Positions 12,119 through 23,400 of a stretch of 58,736 bases of DNA are shown piece after piece. The translations under genes and the position numbers were made by a program. Position 1 is the first letter of the stretch. The number at the start of each line of letters is the position of its first letter. Below the pieces are notes generated by a model that made no database searches, was not told the origin of the DNA, and worked only from the letters and a program-made list of their open reading frames with translations. The DNA comes from Ministeria vibrans ATCC 50519 (lineage: Eukaryota; Protista; Filasterea): contig CALSCP010000932.1 of the NCBI GenBank assembly GCA_943704425.1, forward strand, positions 1 to 58,736. Reading direction: 5' to 3'.

Positions 12119-12734
12119 GATCAATTTGAATTTGAATTGGATTTATTTTCTAACTCATAAGTCATTGATTCTTCTAAGTTCAACGACAATGATGAGTGGT
12201 CATCTCGTGCCTGTGCACGAAGACGCCAACGGCCCGCCTAGAAGTGTTACGACAACTCGTTGGCGTCCCGAAAAATCCTCTGAGTCTATTCTTGAACAAA
12301 ACTGAGTCTGCCTTTCCGTCTCGGTGGCACACTGCCACTGGCATCCCAAGTTTCCGGTGTATGCACGGCGAGAGAGGCGCGCCCAGTGCGAATCGCGCGT
12401 CTTCTGGCGCGTTTTTAGTTTTCCCATGTGGTGATGTGTTTTCGTCCACAGAGGCCCTCGCCATGCGAAGCAGGCCATGGCGGTGCCACGATCAGTCCTT
12501 ATACCGTTCATTTTCGCTGATCACGCTGATCAGCAGCTGTGCCTTTCTCTAGATTGAGTTTTATAATATTAAAAAGACGTTTTTACTTTTTTTTTTTTTG
12601 AGTCATCTCAATTTTTTATTCATCTCAAATTCTCAAAATAATCTCAAAGTGACTCAACTCAAACAAAAAAAAATCGAAAAGAGACAAGAGTATAGGGTGT
12701 AATCGACCAACGAGGAGTCTGAGTAGTTTGGCCC

Positions 12735-14467
12735 ATGTCGCTGTCTGACTCAAACAAACTGGAGGTGTACGAAGACGGTTTTACCATTGTGCCAAATGCA
12801 GTGGAGGAGCCGCTGCGAAGAGCCGCACTGCGCACCATCAACAAGGCTCTGGCGCAGGGCATGAGTGGGAAAAACGACTTTGTCGATGGGATTCAATTTC
12901 CGTCGCTTTCGGTTCGGTTTCATTGGTCGATGCAAACACTGGAAACTTCCCTGGTACTGAACTTGCAATCGCTGTTAGGTGAGCAAGGCCATCACGGATC
13001 TGTACAACGCGTCGGCGTGTCCGTCCATCTTCAGCACGCTGGTGGGCTCGACGCGCCCCATCCACTTCGGCCAGATCGCACTGCGCTTTCCGGGCGACAT
13101 GTGCATGGCGGCCGACGCCTCCGTCCCCAAGCCGTACTGGCCGCGCGCCTGGCACATCGACGGCCTTTCCAACGCAGACCCGCACTCAACCCTCCACCAT
13201 CCAGGGCGCATCGACCACTTCACTGCCCTCGTCGGCGTCGCCCTCTGCGACATTTCCGTGTCCTTCATGGGCAACCTCGTCGTCTTCCCCCGCTCCCACC
13301 ACGCCACCGAGCAGTACGCACCCCTCTCCTTTTCTCGCTGTAGACCCTCACCCCCTCTCCGTCTCCCTCCTATGAAGGTACTTTCGCACCCATGGTTGCG
13401 ATACGCTTGCGCAGGCTGGTAACGACGGCATGCCAAAGGACCTCCCGCTCTCTCAGCCCAAAATGGTACAGTCTCCGTCTCGCTCATTCTCAGTCGCCTC
13501 TGTCTCTGCCTTGCTCGCTCTCAATCGCCCCTGTCTCTGTCTCACCCACTCTATACCGTCTCTTTAGCTCTGTCTTCGCGCCGGCGACATTACCATTGCG
13601 CACTACAATCTCGCCCATTCCATTGCTCCAAACACCCGCGAGAATATTCGCTATGTGGTGTACTTCCGAGTCAAATCGGCAAACTTCGCAACGTAATTTT
13701 TCGAAATTTTACTGAAACAAACACACACACACATACCACAAAGACATATTCACACACACACACACACACATACATAAATACATACATACACATACAGACA
13801 TACATACTGAGTCACTGACGAACTTTGCCTCCTTTTTTCATAGAGAACATGAGTTTCGTCGCGAAGCATTGACTGACATTTGGCGCGATTGGGCCGGGCT
13901 TCAGTTGCTCATTCAACGCCACAAACAAACCATTCCTCAAAGTATTATTTTGTTATTCACACTGCATCCTAGTCGTCCTCACCCGTTCTTTCTCGCTATC
14001 TCTCTATCACTTTGTTCATTTTATATTTCTCTTTCTTTGTTTTCTCTCTCTCTCTCTTTCTCTCTCACTCACTTTCCCTTACAGTCTTAGCAGATCCGGC
14101 TGATATTGAGAGCGCGACTCTATTGCAGTCCACAGAGCAACTTTTCAAAGCAACGCGCTACGGTGACGTCCGTCCACTCTTTGTACGTCTCACGCAATTG
14201 CGTCCCAATGACCCGCTCCTCATGTTCCATGCGGCGTCTGCCTTTACGTGGTACGAGGCACTTTTTTTTTGCTCCAGGAGTAGAGGAGGGATGGGCGAGA
14301 TAAGAAGCAGTGTGGCTGATCTCTCTCTTTGTCACTTTCTCTCTCTATCACTTTCTCTCTCTCTCTTTATCACTTTGTTTCTCTCTCTCTCCTATCACTT
14401 TGTTTCTATCTCTCTCTGTCACTTTCTCTCTCTATCACTTTCTCTCTCTCTCTCTATTTGTTCTTTC

Positions 14468-14542
<75 letters not shown>

Positions 14543-15831
14543 TGTGTGTATATTAGGGGCGCTGACTGTGTGACGAGTGAGCGTGGAGAGGAGTACTGCC
14601 GTCGCGCTGTTGTGCTTTGTCCCATAGCTGAGGTTCCATTCTCTTTTTCTTTTTCCTTCCTTTTTCCCTCTCACTTTTCAACCTTTCTAACACTCGCAAT
14701 TTTTTCTCTCCATTAGACTTACGCTCTTCTGGCACAGAATTTAGAGCAGCAACAAAAGTACCGAGAAGCCGCAGAGGCAGCAGAGGCAGCTCTCAATGCG
14801 CCCAAAACTGACCCGGATGGTAAACTATATTCATCAGTGTGACGTGAAGAACTCTCACACATGTTATTGATTGGACACATGGCAGATTTTGGGGGGGAAG
14901 CCAGTGCGGGATGGATGCGACCGATGATTGTCAATGCACTGCGTGTTGCAGAGCAGTCTCTAGCCAAGATTGGACGAGGTGGGGAGGTTGCTCGCGTCAA
15001 GGGATTGTTTCAAAGCAAGTACGGACCCGCTGAGGCACAGAGGGGCGCATCTGGTGGTGGTGGTGGTGGAGGCGGGGAGTTTGATGGGGTGTCGCTCATT
15101 GAGTTGTGGCGCTCAGCCGGCTTGCTTTTGAAGGTATGCACCGAGTACCATCAATTGATGCTCTCAAAATATTGCTATAGAGTCCGACCAAGGACTGGCA
15201 GAAGGGCCGTGCCCTGTTTACTCGCATATGTGAGCTCCAGGATGACTCGTGGGCGGCCCATGCATTTCTCGGGGCCTGTCACGTCTTCCAGGTAAGTGTT
15301 TGAGGTCAGCCTGCGCGTAAATGAGAACGATATTCGTTAGATTTTACCGGGGAAAGGCAGGGACTTTGGCATTGGGGAGCATCATTTGAGGCGCGCCGTT
15401 GAACTCGATTCAACTCAGCTCATTGTCTACTCCACCCTCGCTCGTTGTTGCTACAGACAAAGTACCGACAGAACACCAAAACAAATTGTAAACCTGCACT
15501 GTTTTTCGAGTAACCATATGACGATCCCTCAGGCAACTACGATGGTGCTGTTGCTGCGGTGTCGCAAATGCTCACCTGCGAGCTTGATCCAGCCGAACCA
15601 GATCACATTGGCATGATGCTCGATGGCCTTAAAGCCGCAAAGCAGGTGTGTTACTTTCCCCTCCCCCTTTTCTGCTGTAACTCATGGTGTATCGTTACGC
15701 TGCAGTCCCTTGGTTATCTCAAGGCACCACCATCACAGTACGAGGCTTTTGCGGGAAGCGCCCGGACCAAGTGGCCCCATCTGAGTGCTCGAATCGATGC
15801 GATTAGCTCGGGCGGGTGTTCTATAATGTGA
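12735..15831 (+). CDS. PhyH-like 2OG/Fe(II) dioxygenase fused to TPR-like repeats, with a C-terminal CaaX motif
   Basis: EDGFTIVPNAV, WHIDG, GNLVVFPRSHH, AGDITIAHYNLAHSIAPN and RYVVYFR. Downstream helical exons include YALLAQNLEQQQKYREA and LRRAVELDS..VYSTLARCCY. The protein ends GGCSIM*. Confidence 0.7.
14320..14537. repeat. Intronic CTCTATCACTTT-type repeats and (CT)n
   Basis: Directly visible in the sequence. Confidence 0.9.
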
Positions 15832-16081
15832 TAGTATGATATAATCATTATAAATTTATCAACTCTCGCTTGTATTGCGGTTGCTCTTGGCTGGCTTCCT
15901 TCCAGTTATCCGCAACGACGTTTGCCTCTATTCATTCACCTAAGAAGTCACTCTCCGCAGTATTTTCTCTCAGAAAAAAAAACCTCAATAAGAATAAGAG
16001 AGAATCATCGTGTACTCTCTCAATCAAAGCAAATTCACTCACTCTCAAAGTCACTCACTCTCTGTCAAACACACACATGCA

Positions 16082-16102
16082 CTCTGTCTCTGTCTGTCTC
16101 TG

Positions 16103-16189
<87 letters not shown>
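16082..16189. repeat. (CTCTGT)n/(CT)n microsatellite, probable assembly join
   Basis: Directly visible; immediately precedes an internal TM9SF3 exon. Confidence 0.9.
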
Positions 16190-16192
<3 letters not shown>

Positions 16193-16193
16193 G

Positions 16194-17896
16194 TTGGCTC
16201 TTGTTGCATTGTGTGTCATTCTTCTTGCCATTGCAGGTGATCTCTACGAAGGGTAAGTCTTCCTTTTCCATCGTCCCTTTCTTTTCTTTGTGCGTCCTCC
16301 CAGCTCCCCTTTCAATTCTTTTTTTGTGCATTTGGACGGGGCTTATTTATTTACGTGGACAAGATTTAAACAGACGGTCAATCTTAGTGATAATGTGTTT
16401 ATCCCGTACCGTTCGTTCGCTGGGAAAACCGTCTAACATACTTGTTTTTTTTTGTTATTATTTAGGTAAGAGGATGTTTTCAATGGATTTCCACCGACTC
16501 TTCGTCTACATCAAATTCCACTCTGGAGCTTTTTATATACTCCAGTTTGGGTCGCAAGTAGACTAAATCAAACTCTGACTAAGAAGAAGCCCATTTTTAC
16601 AATGTCCCTTCTTCTTGTGCACCGAAAAAGAATCCCTAATGGCTCAACTCAACCATTCAACGACTCTGAACTCACCGCCAACATTATTTATTTTTTTAAA
16701 AAAATAATGTCTTTTTGACACACACACTCTCTCTATTCTTACTGTTTAGGCGCGGGTCTCTTCTGACAACTGCAATTTTTGCGTATGCGGCGACGGCACC
16801 TGTGGCCGGTTTTATCTCGGGGTCGCTGTATGCGCGCATGGGGGGCACAGAATGGATCAAGCAGATGGTGTTGACGGCGAGTTTGATGCCCTGTCTGGCT
16901 GCATCCTTCTCTTTCCTTGTCAACCTCATTGCCATGTACTACCATGCCACCCGTGCCATTCCCTTCACGACCCTTCTCTCCATCACTGCCATTTGTCTCT
17001 TCATCATCCTTCCACTCACTCTTGTCGGTACTGTCCTTGGCCGTAACATCAATGGTGTCGCCGAGTTTCCCTGCAGAGTCAATGCAGTCCCGCGTCCCAT
17101 TCCCGATAAGCGATGGTACACTTGTTTGTTTGTGTATATCGAGCGCTCACATTTTTTTGTTTTGTAGGTACACTGAATTATCAATTGTGATTCTGTTGGG
17201 TGGACTCCTCCCGTTTGGCAGCATCTTTATCGAAATGTACTTCATCTTCACGTCGTTCTGGGCGTACAAGATCTACTACGTCTTCGGTTTCACGCTCCTT
17301 GTCTTCCTCATCCTCATGGTCGTCTCCATCTGCGTCACCATTGTCAGCACCTACTTCATTCTCAATGCGGAAGACCATCGCTGGCACTGGGCGGCTTTTC
17401 TCTCATCTGCCTCCACCGCTCTCTATGTCTACCTCTATGCCATTTACTACTTTCTCTGGCGCACAAAGTACGCTGATTGATAATTAATAATAATTATTTG
17501 TCTTTTTTATTAACATTAATAATTATTTGTTTACTAGAATGTATGGGATGTTCCAGACTACCTTCTACTTTAGCAACATGGCACTGCTCTGCGCAACACT
17601 CGGAATTATGTGTGGTACGTTCAACTCCTCTTCTCCCCTTTGGTCTCACTCTGAAGTCTCGTGTCACCTGTCTTTGTTCACGTTGTCTTGTTTCACTTGG
17701 GTCCCCTTTTTGCTTCCTTCTCCCTCCTTTATGTCCCTCCTTCACTTTTTTTGTCTCCCTCATTTCCTTCTTTGTCGTTGCTTTTGCCTCCCATTGACTC
17801 TGCTCCTCTCTTTCTCTTTCCTGTTTAGGCGCGATTGGGTTTCATGGCGCTTCCTATTTTGTGCAAACTATATACCGCAATGTTAAGATTGATTGA
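16194..17896 (+). CDS. TM9SF3: Transmembrane 9 superfamily member 3 (nonaspanin), C-terminal half only
   Basis: [63 protein letters not shown] and a terminal IYRNVKID*. The 5' half is missing. Confidence 0.92.
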
Positions 17897-18019
17897 ATGT
17901 TTTCTCTCTTTCACCTATATTCCTTTCTTTTTTTTTCAAATAAAAACCATTGGTTTGGTTTGTTTTTTATTCATATCCCTCTCTCTATGTGTATGTGTTT
18001 GTGTGTGCATCTGGATAAC

Positions 18020-19154
18020 TCAGGTGGCGTTGAGACGGAGCAGGGCCGTCGGTGGGCCCAACACGGCGACATAAACATCGCCTGTGTCGCCATCGACGCC
18101 AATCTCGTGCTCCTTGGGCGTCCCTAGTGGTACCCGTTCAACCACTGTGCACGGCCCAATATCACGCGGGTCTTGTGTGGTCGTCTCGAGCGATAGCACC
18201 GAGAGGCGTCCCTCAAAGGGTGTTGTTAGACCTTCATAGTTTTGCTCAAGCACTAAAAGCAGTCGCCGCTTGTTGTCCACGCGCACACTCCAGGGAGCAC
18301 CCGGTGCAAAACAAGACCAGGAGCCAAGCTCAAGTCCCGTGTGTCCGTCCAGTGCAACAGTGCGGTTATGTCCGCGATCCGCAACCCACAATATGTGTCG
18401 CTTCGATTCGTACGCCACCGAATGCGGCGAAATGAACGCCGTTCCGTTCACACCATTACCCGCAACCCACACCACGTTGAAGTTCTTGTCCAACTTCACA
18501 ACGCGATTGTTCACGCCACCATCGCCATCGCCCACATAGATGTTGCCGTCGCCGTCAAACGCCAAGTCTGCGCAACTAAAAGGGGACACAATCATTCGAA
18601 AATTATTGTCTATCTTCTTTCCAAACGGCGTGGTCAACCTCAGTGCTTACTTTCCAAACTCAATGGGATCGAGGCCAGTGCCTGCGTGCCCTTGCTTTCC
18701 CGCCATAGCCACTTGTCTTCCGTCCAGAGTGAATTTGCGGATGACATGATCGCCCACGTCCGCCACCCACACGTACTCATCTTCGCCGTTGACAAGCTGC
18801 CGCTTCATGCCATGCGCCGAATTGATGGTGTCCATGCCCCACGACCGCAGATAGTTGCCCGCCTGCACACACCAAGCACAGCGCTCAAATCGACGCCAAC
18901 ACACATTCACTTTTGCTTACAAAGTCGTAAACAAACACGGGTTCGGCTGCCGGGTTGCGCTGCGCACAATGAATCTCGTTGCCGCTCTTGGTGACAGCAA
19001 CGGCGGTGTAGTTGCTTGCCGCTGAGTGGGTGTAGTGCGGCCAGTTCTCGTCCAACACATATTTCGGGACAGCAGCACGCGCAGGGAGCGCCGCAACGCA
19101 CAGCGACACCGCTAGAATCACACATCCCATTCGCATTCGCATAGCTGGATGCAT
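18020..19154 (-). CDS. NHLRC3: Secreted NHL-repeat beta-propeller protein, NHLRC3/PAL-like
   Basis: Signal peptide, then YVLDENWP, AHG, VWVADVG, GKQGHAGTGLDPIEF, DGDGGVNNRVVKL, PHSV and WVADRGHNR. The DGDGG.NNR motif resembles NHLRC3 rather than the DGYCNSR of catalytic PAL. Confidence 0.78.
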
Positions 19155-20410
19155 GGTCAAAGAATTGAATAAAAAATGAAAAATGAAAAATGAACTGATG
19201 ACATTGTTTAGGTTAAGAATCATCATAATTACGTCGCATAATAACATTGAATTAATAATAATAATTCGTATTATTATGACTCATATGAGGATTGAGGATG
19301 TTCATGCAATATGATCACTTTTGATGTCAGTTGCTTCCACCATTTATTTTTTGCTTTGAAAAGTTGCAGCTTTGCTTCCGCTTTACTAAGTAGTCGACTT
19401 TTTCCAATTCGCGCATAAACTTCCAGCGCCCACAGAATTATCACTGCGTACTTTCACTCACTGAAAAAGCCCCCTACGCGCCGCTGAAAGCAATATCACT
19501 GGGTACCGTACAAAGCGCAAAGCGTATCGTCGAAAAATGTAAGGGTGATTGGTAGTGAGGAGCAACTGAGCACTTTGGCGGGGCAAAGTTTGCACCGGAC
19601 CGACGGGTCGGAAAAATCACTCATTGCAGGCACTGCAAATAAATGACCACGTATATCGTGAAGCGTTGTGTACAAGCCTAGGGCAGTCGAAATGAACTCC
19701 CTACCAATACTAATGGTTTATTTTGTTCCCGTACACTACAACCAACTCATTCAAATACAGTACTGCTGAATCCGAGGAACATTAATGTCCACTCACGAGT
19801 CTTCAAATGGGCAGACAGTCGTTTTAAACAACACGAGTGAGATACCACTCACCACTATGTGAAGAACTGCAATAAGAGAGATTGAAAGCAGAAAGCATTG
19901 TCAACACGATCCCCAAGTGAGCTGGTGCGGCTCAAGCCTGTAATCTGCAAAATGCATACTAACGATCGTGACGGGTTACATCAACGCCGAAGAATGGGAG
20001 GGGACGAGAGAATTATTACAATGCACCAAGAAGTGTGCCAAGACTCAGCTGTTCAAGGACACTCTCAACACAACACGCGCGCTATTTTTCGTCAAGAACC
20101 TAAATGTCTCCGATACAGCCCAATACCTGTCCAATGGACCAATAGACATATCCATATGTACGAGTGCTAAATGAGGCGGGGTAATCATACATAGCACGGA
20201 GGTACCGTTCAATACAAACAACACACTTGTCACATCACCGCATGTACCAAATTTTCAACAGGTAGCAAATATTGAACGATACCTCCGTACCAAGGTCCAA
20301 GTACAACGGGCGAGTCTCGTGCGAGAACGATTGAAGCGATATCATGTGAACAGATTTCCCGCAGTAAATTAAATTTACAATTAATATTGATGTTTTAATT
20401 TCTTCGTATG

Positions 20411-23400
20411 TTACACCACCACTTGGTCGCTCAACTGCATCAGTCGCGAACACGTATCCTCCAGCAACTCAAACCTACAAGACGGCATTAATGGTAAATT
20501 GGATTCTTTTATATATAATATTATATGCATATATCTCTTCCCCCTTACACATGGAATTTGGCAATCGAGTGGAAAGTGCGGAGTTTGTCATGGAGTGCCT
20601 TTTGCGAATATGCAGCAAGCGAGAAGCTGCCCGAGCACTTGCAATAAGTACTGAGATTGTCAGCACGCACCTACAGACGAACGCAGACAAGAAAGAGGAA
20701 TCAGAGGGAAGACACACACACACACACACACACACGCAAAACGACAAAGATCTATTCCTCACATAAACTCTGAGCCTCGTCTCACTCACACACACTAAAC
20801 TGACCTCGTGACACTTGTTGCACACACAGTCCTGCAGCTGATACGAGACCACATATCGTTGTATGGTCTCCACCAGCTGCTGCTCAATCTCCGCCCGATC
20901 ATAATCGAACGAGCAGCTGGGACATTTGAACCTAAGTCCGAAAGAAGATTCAGAACAGTCTCAAATATAAGTGAAAAAAAAATACAGAAAGAAAAGGAGG
21001 AAGAAAGAAACAAAGTAATAGAGAGACATAAATAGAGGGAAAGAAAGGAAGAAGAAAACACAGAGGAATAGAGAGATAAATAGAAAGCAAGGAGGAAGAA
21101 AAAAACAAAGTGATAAATAGAAAGAAGGAGAGTGAAAAGAGAAAAGACAAAAAAAAGAAACAAAAGCAAGAAATAAGCTTCATGTTACCTCTGCGAGAGA
21201 TCATCCGCCATCAGATCCTCATCGCGGCACAAATCGAGGTCGCGACAGTGCTTACAGTGCTTGCAGATCACATCCGTCAGTGTGTACGACAAACACGGAT
21301 TGTGGAACACAGCCTGTCACACACACACACACACACAATATTAGTGCGCTACTATAAATTAATATAAACTTACGCTTTCACTGAACTCGCGCACTTGGAC
21401 GAGCCTGAGAAGGGAGCGTTTCATAATAGCCACTTCACTGGCCACCTCCGAGTTGAGTGACAGCACATGACACACAAACTTACAAAACTACTCACACACA
21501 AACAAAAGTCCATTAAGTAAGGTCAGACACACACTTCGAACAGGCACACACGCACACACAAATGTTGATACCTCAAGAGCAGGAGAGCGCATGCGCAAAT
21601 GGGAACCTGCACGGCGAGGAAAGGCGTCGCTGGAGAGGCCCTCGGCCAAAGGCGCTCCGTCGCCCGGAAGCATCTTCTGGATGAGCCCCATCAGATGTGC
21701 CATGCGCTCAAACAGTTTTTTGTGCACCAACTCCTTGACAAAGAGCGCCTCTTCCTCCGACAGCACCACTGGCGCGTCCTTGCCGTTTCCTTTCAAGCGC
21801 TGCTGCTTCACCTTAGCCAGCACAACACTCTGCGAGAGTGTGCTCTGTTGCTCGCGCGTCGCCACTCGCTGCTTGTACACTTCCGTCATGTACTCCGCCA
21901 CCAACACCAGAAAGTAGTCTTGCAGTGCGTCCGGCAGAAACTCGCAAATGTTCCACGCAGCCTCCACCGTCACATCCTCATCGCCTCCTCCAACACTGCG
22001 TGCCTGAGAGACGCCACGCGTCATTTCCACATCGCCATCGCCATCCTTGCTTCCCTCTCCCTCCTCGCGTTCTCCTTCATCATCATCATCATCTTCTTCT
22101 TCTTCATCTTCATCTTCGTCCAACACACGACGCCGTGCTCTCTTGCGTCTCTGCGCCTCCGCCTTCTTCTCCGCCTTCTCCTCCGCACTTTCTTCGTCTT
22201 CTTCTTCGTCTTCATCCGAGCTAAACTCATCAGGTAATCGCAATTCGCTCGCTTCCGACGGCTCCTCCATCATCAACTTGCGTCGCGCCCGTCCCTCTTC
22301 CGTCCTTCCACGCCCTGCCTCCTCCTCACCATCGTTGCTCACTTCCATTGCACCCTGTCCTCCGCCCCGTCCACTGCCAGGCGTGCGGAACGGCGACTTG
22401 TTGCCGGGTGTCGTGACCCGCTCGGCGTGCACCGCCGGAATTGCCCCGTAGTTGGCCTGGTCCATCCACAACAGCTCCATCCAGTAGTGAGACGCCTCAA
22501 ACGAGATAGTGCTGAACAGGTCGCGCTGGCGAATCGACTCAAAAATGTACTTCATGTACGCCTCGGCGTCGGCGAGCGTAGTCTTGCGCGTGCTCAGGAC
22601 AATCTTGTTGAAGTTGGCAAAAACAATGGTGGCGCCGAGACGCCGAAACTCTCCAATGAGTTGCATAAAGAGCTTCTTCATCATGCCAAAAAGCAGACGA
22701 CACAGACCCGGGTCGTGCAGCAGCGCACTCGACGTCTTGAGCCACCGATAAAAGTTCATCAGCTGCTGATCGGCCTCCTCGTTGTTGTCCGCAATGACCT
22801 GGTGCAGCCAGGTGTGCACAAGCGACTTAAGCACACGAAAGGCACCCGAGCACAGCGCTGCCTCGTCAAAAGCACTCATGTTCGCACCCATCAAACCCGC
22901 CACGCCACCGCTAAGGTGCTCGCCCAACGATCGTGGTGCGACCGAGTCAAACGTCGCCAGCGAGCCTGCGGCGCCCTCCATGTCGTGAATGTGGTTGCTT
23001 TGCAGCACCGTGTTCACGGCGAGTGACGTCAGCGTCACCTCCACACACACCGTCGCGTAGTTGCCGGGCGCATTGATCTCGACGCCACCCGTTGCTCCGA
23101 TGCCCTCCGTCTCCATCATCAGACGGTTGTCGTCGTCTTCCTTGCCGCCCAGGTCCGGCAGCACCGATGGACTCACCCAGAGCACATGGCCGCGCTGCAA
23201 CAGAGCCCGACCGTATGCCAAGTCCGCGGCAAACGTCTGAAAATCCGCCTCAATGTTGCCCACGGGCACTTGGGCGTAGCGCGCGTGTCGAAGCTGCTCG
23301 CGAAACCAATCGCGGTAGTTGAGGTGCCCCGTCAGCAAGCGTGTCACTGCGAATCGCTGCCAGTCAAGTGGAGGGTAGAGGTTGTCTGACGCATTGGACT

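Noticed and set aside
3984-19154. A glycan/EGF-modifying gene cluster (fucosyltransferase, sialidase, PhyH-TPR as an ASPH analogue, NHL protein) serving the giant EGF protein
   Set aside because: GT10 is not POFUT1, and the PhyH protein looks cytosolic (CaaX, no signal peptide). Housekeeping genes are interspersed, and gaps or misjoins break the linkage.
18020-19154. Catalytic peptide-amidating lyase (PAL)
   Set aside because: It has DGDGGVNNR rather than the Tyr-containing DGYCNSR motif, which fits NHLRC3 better.
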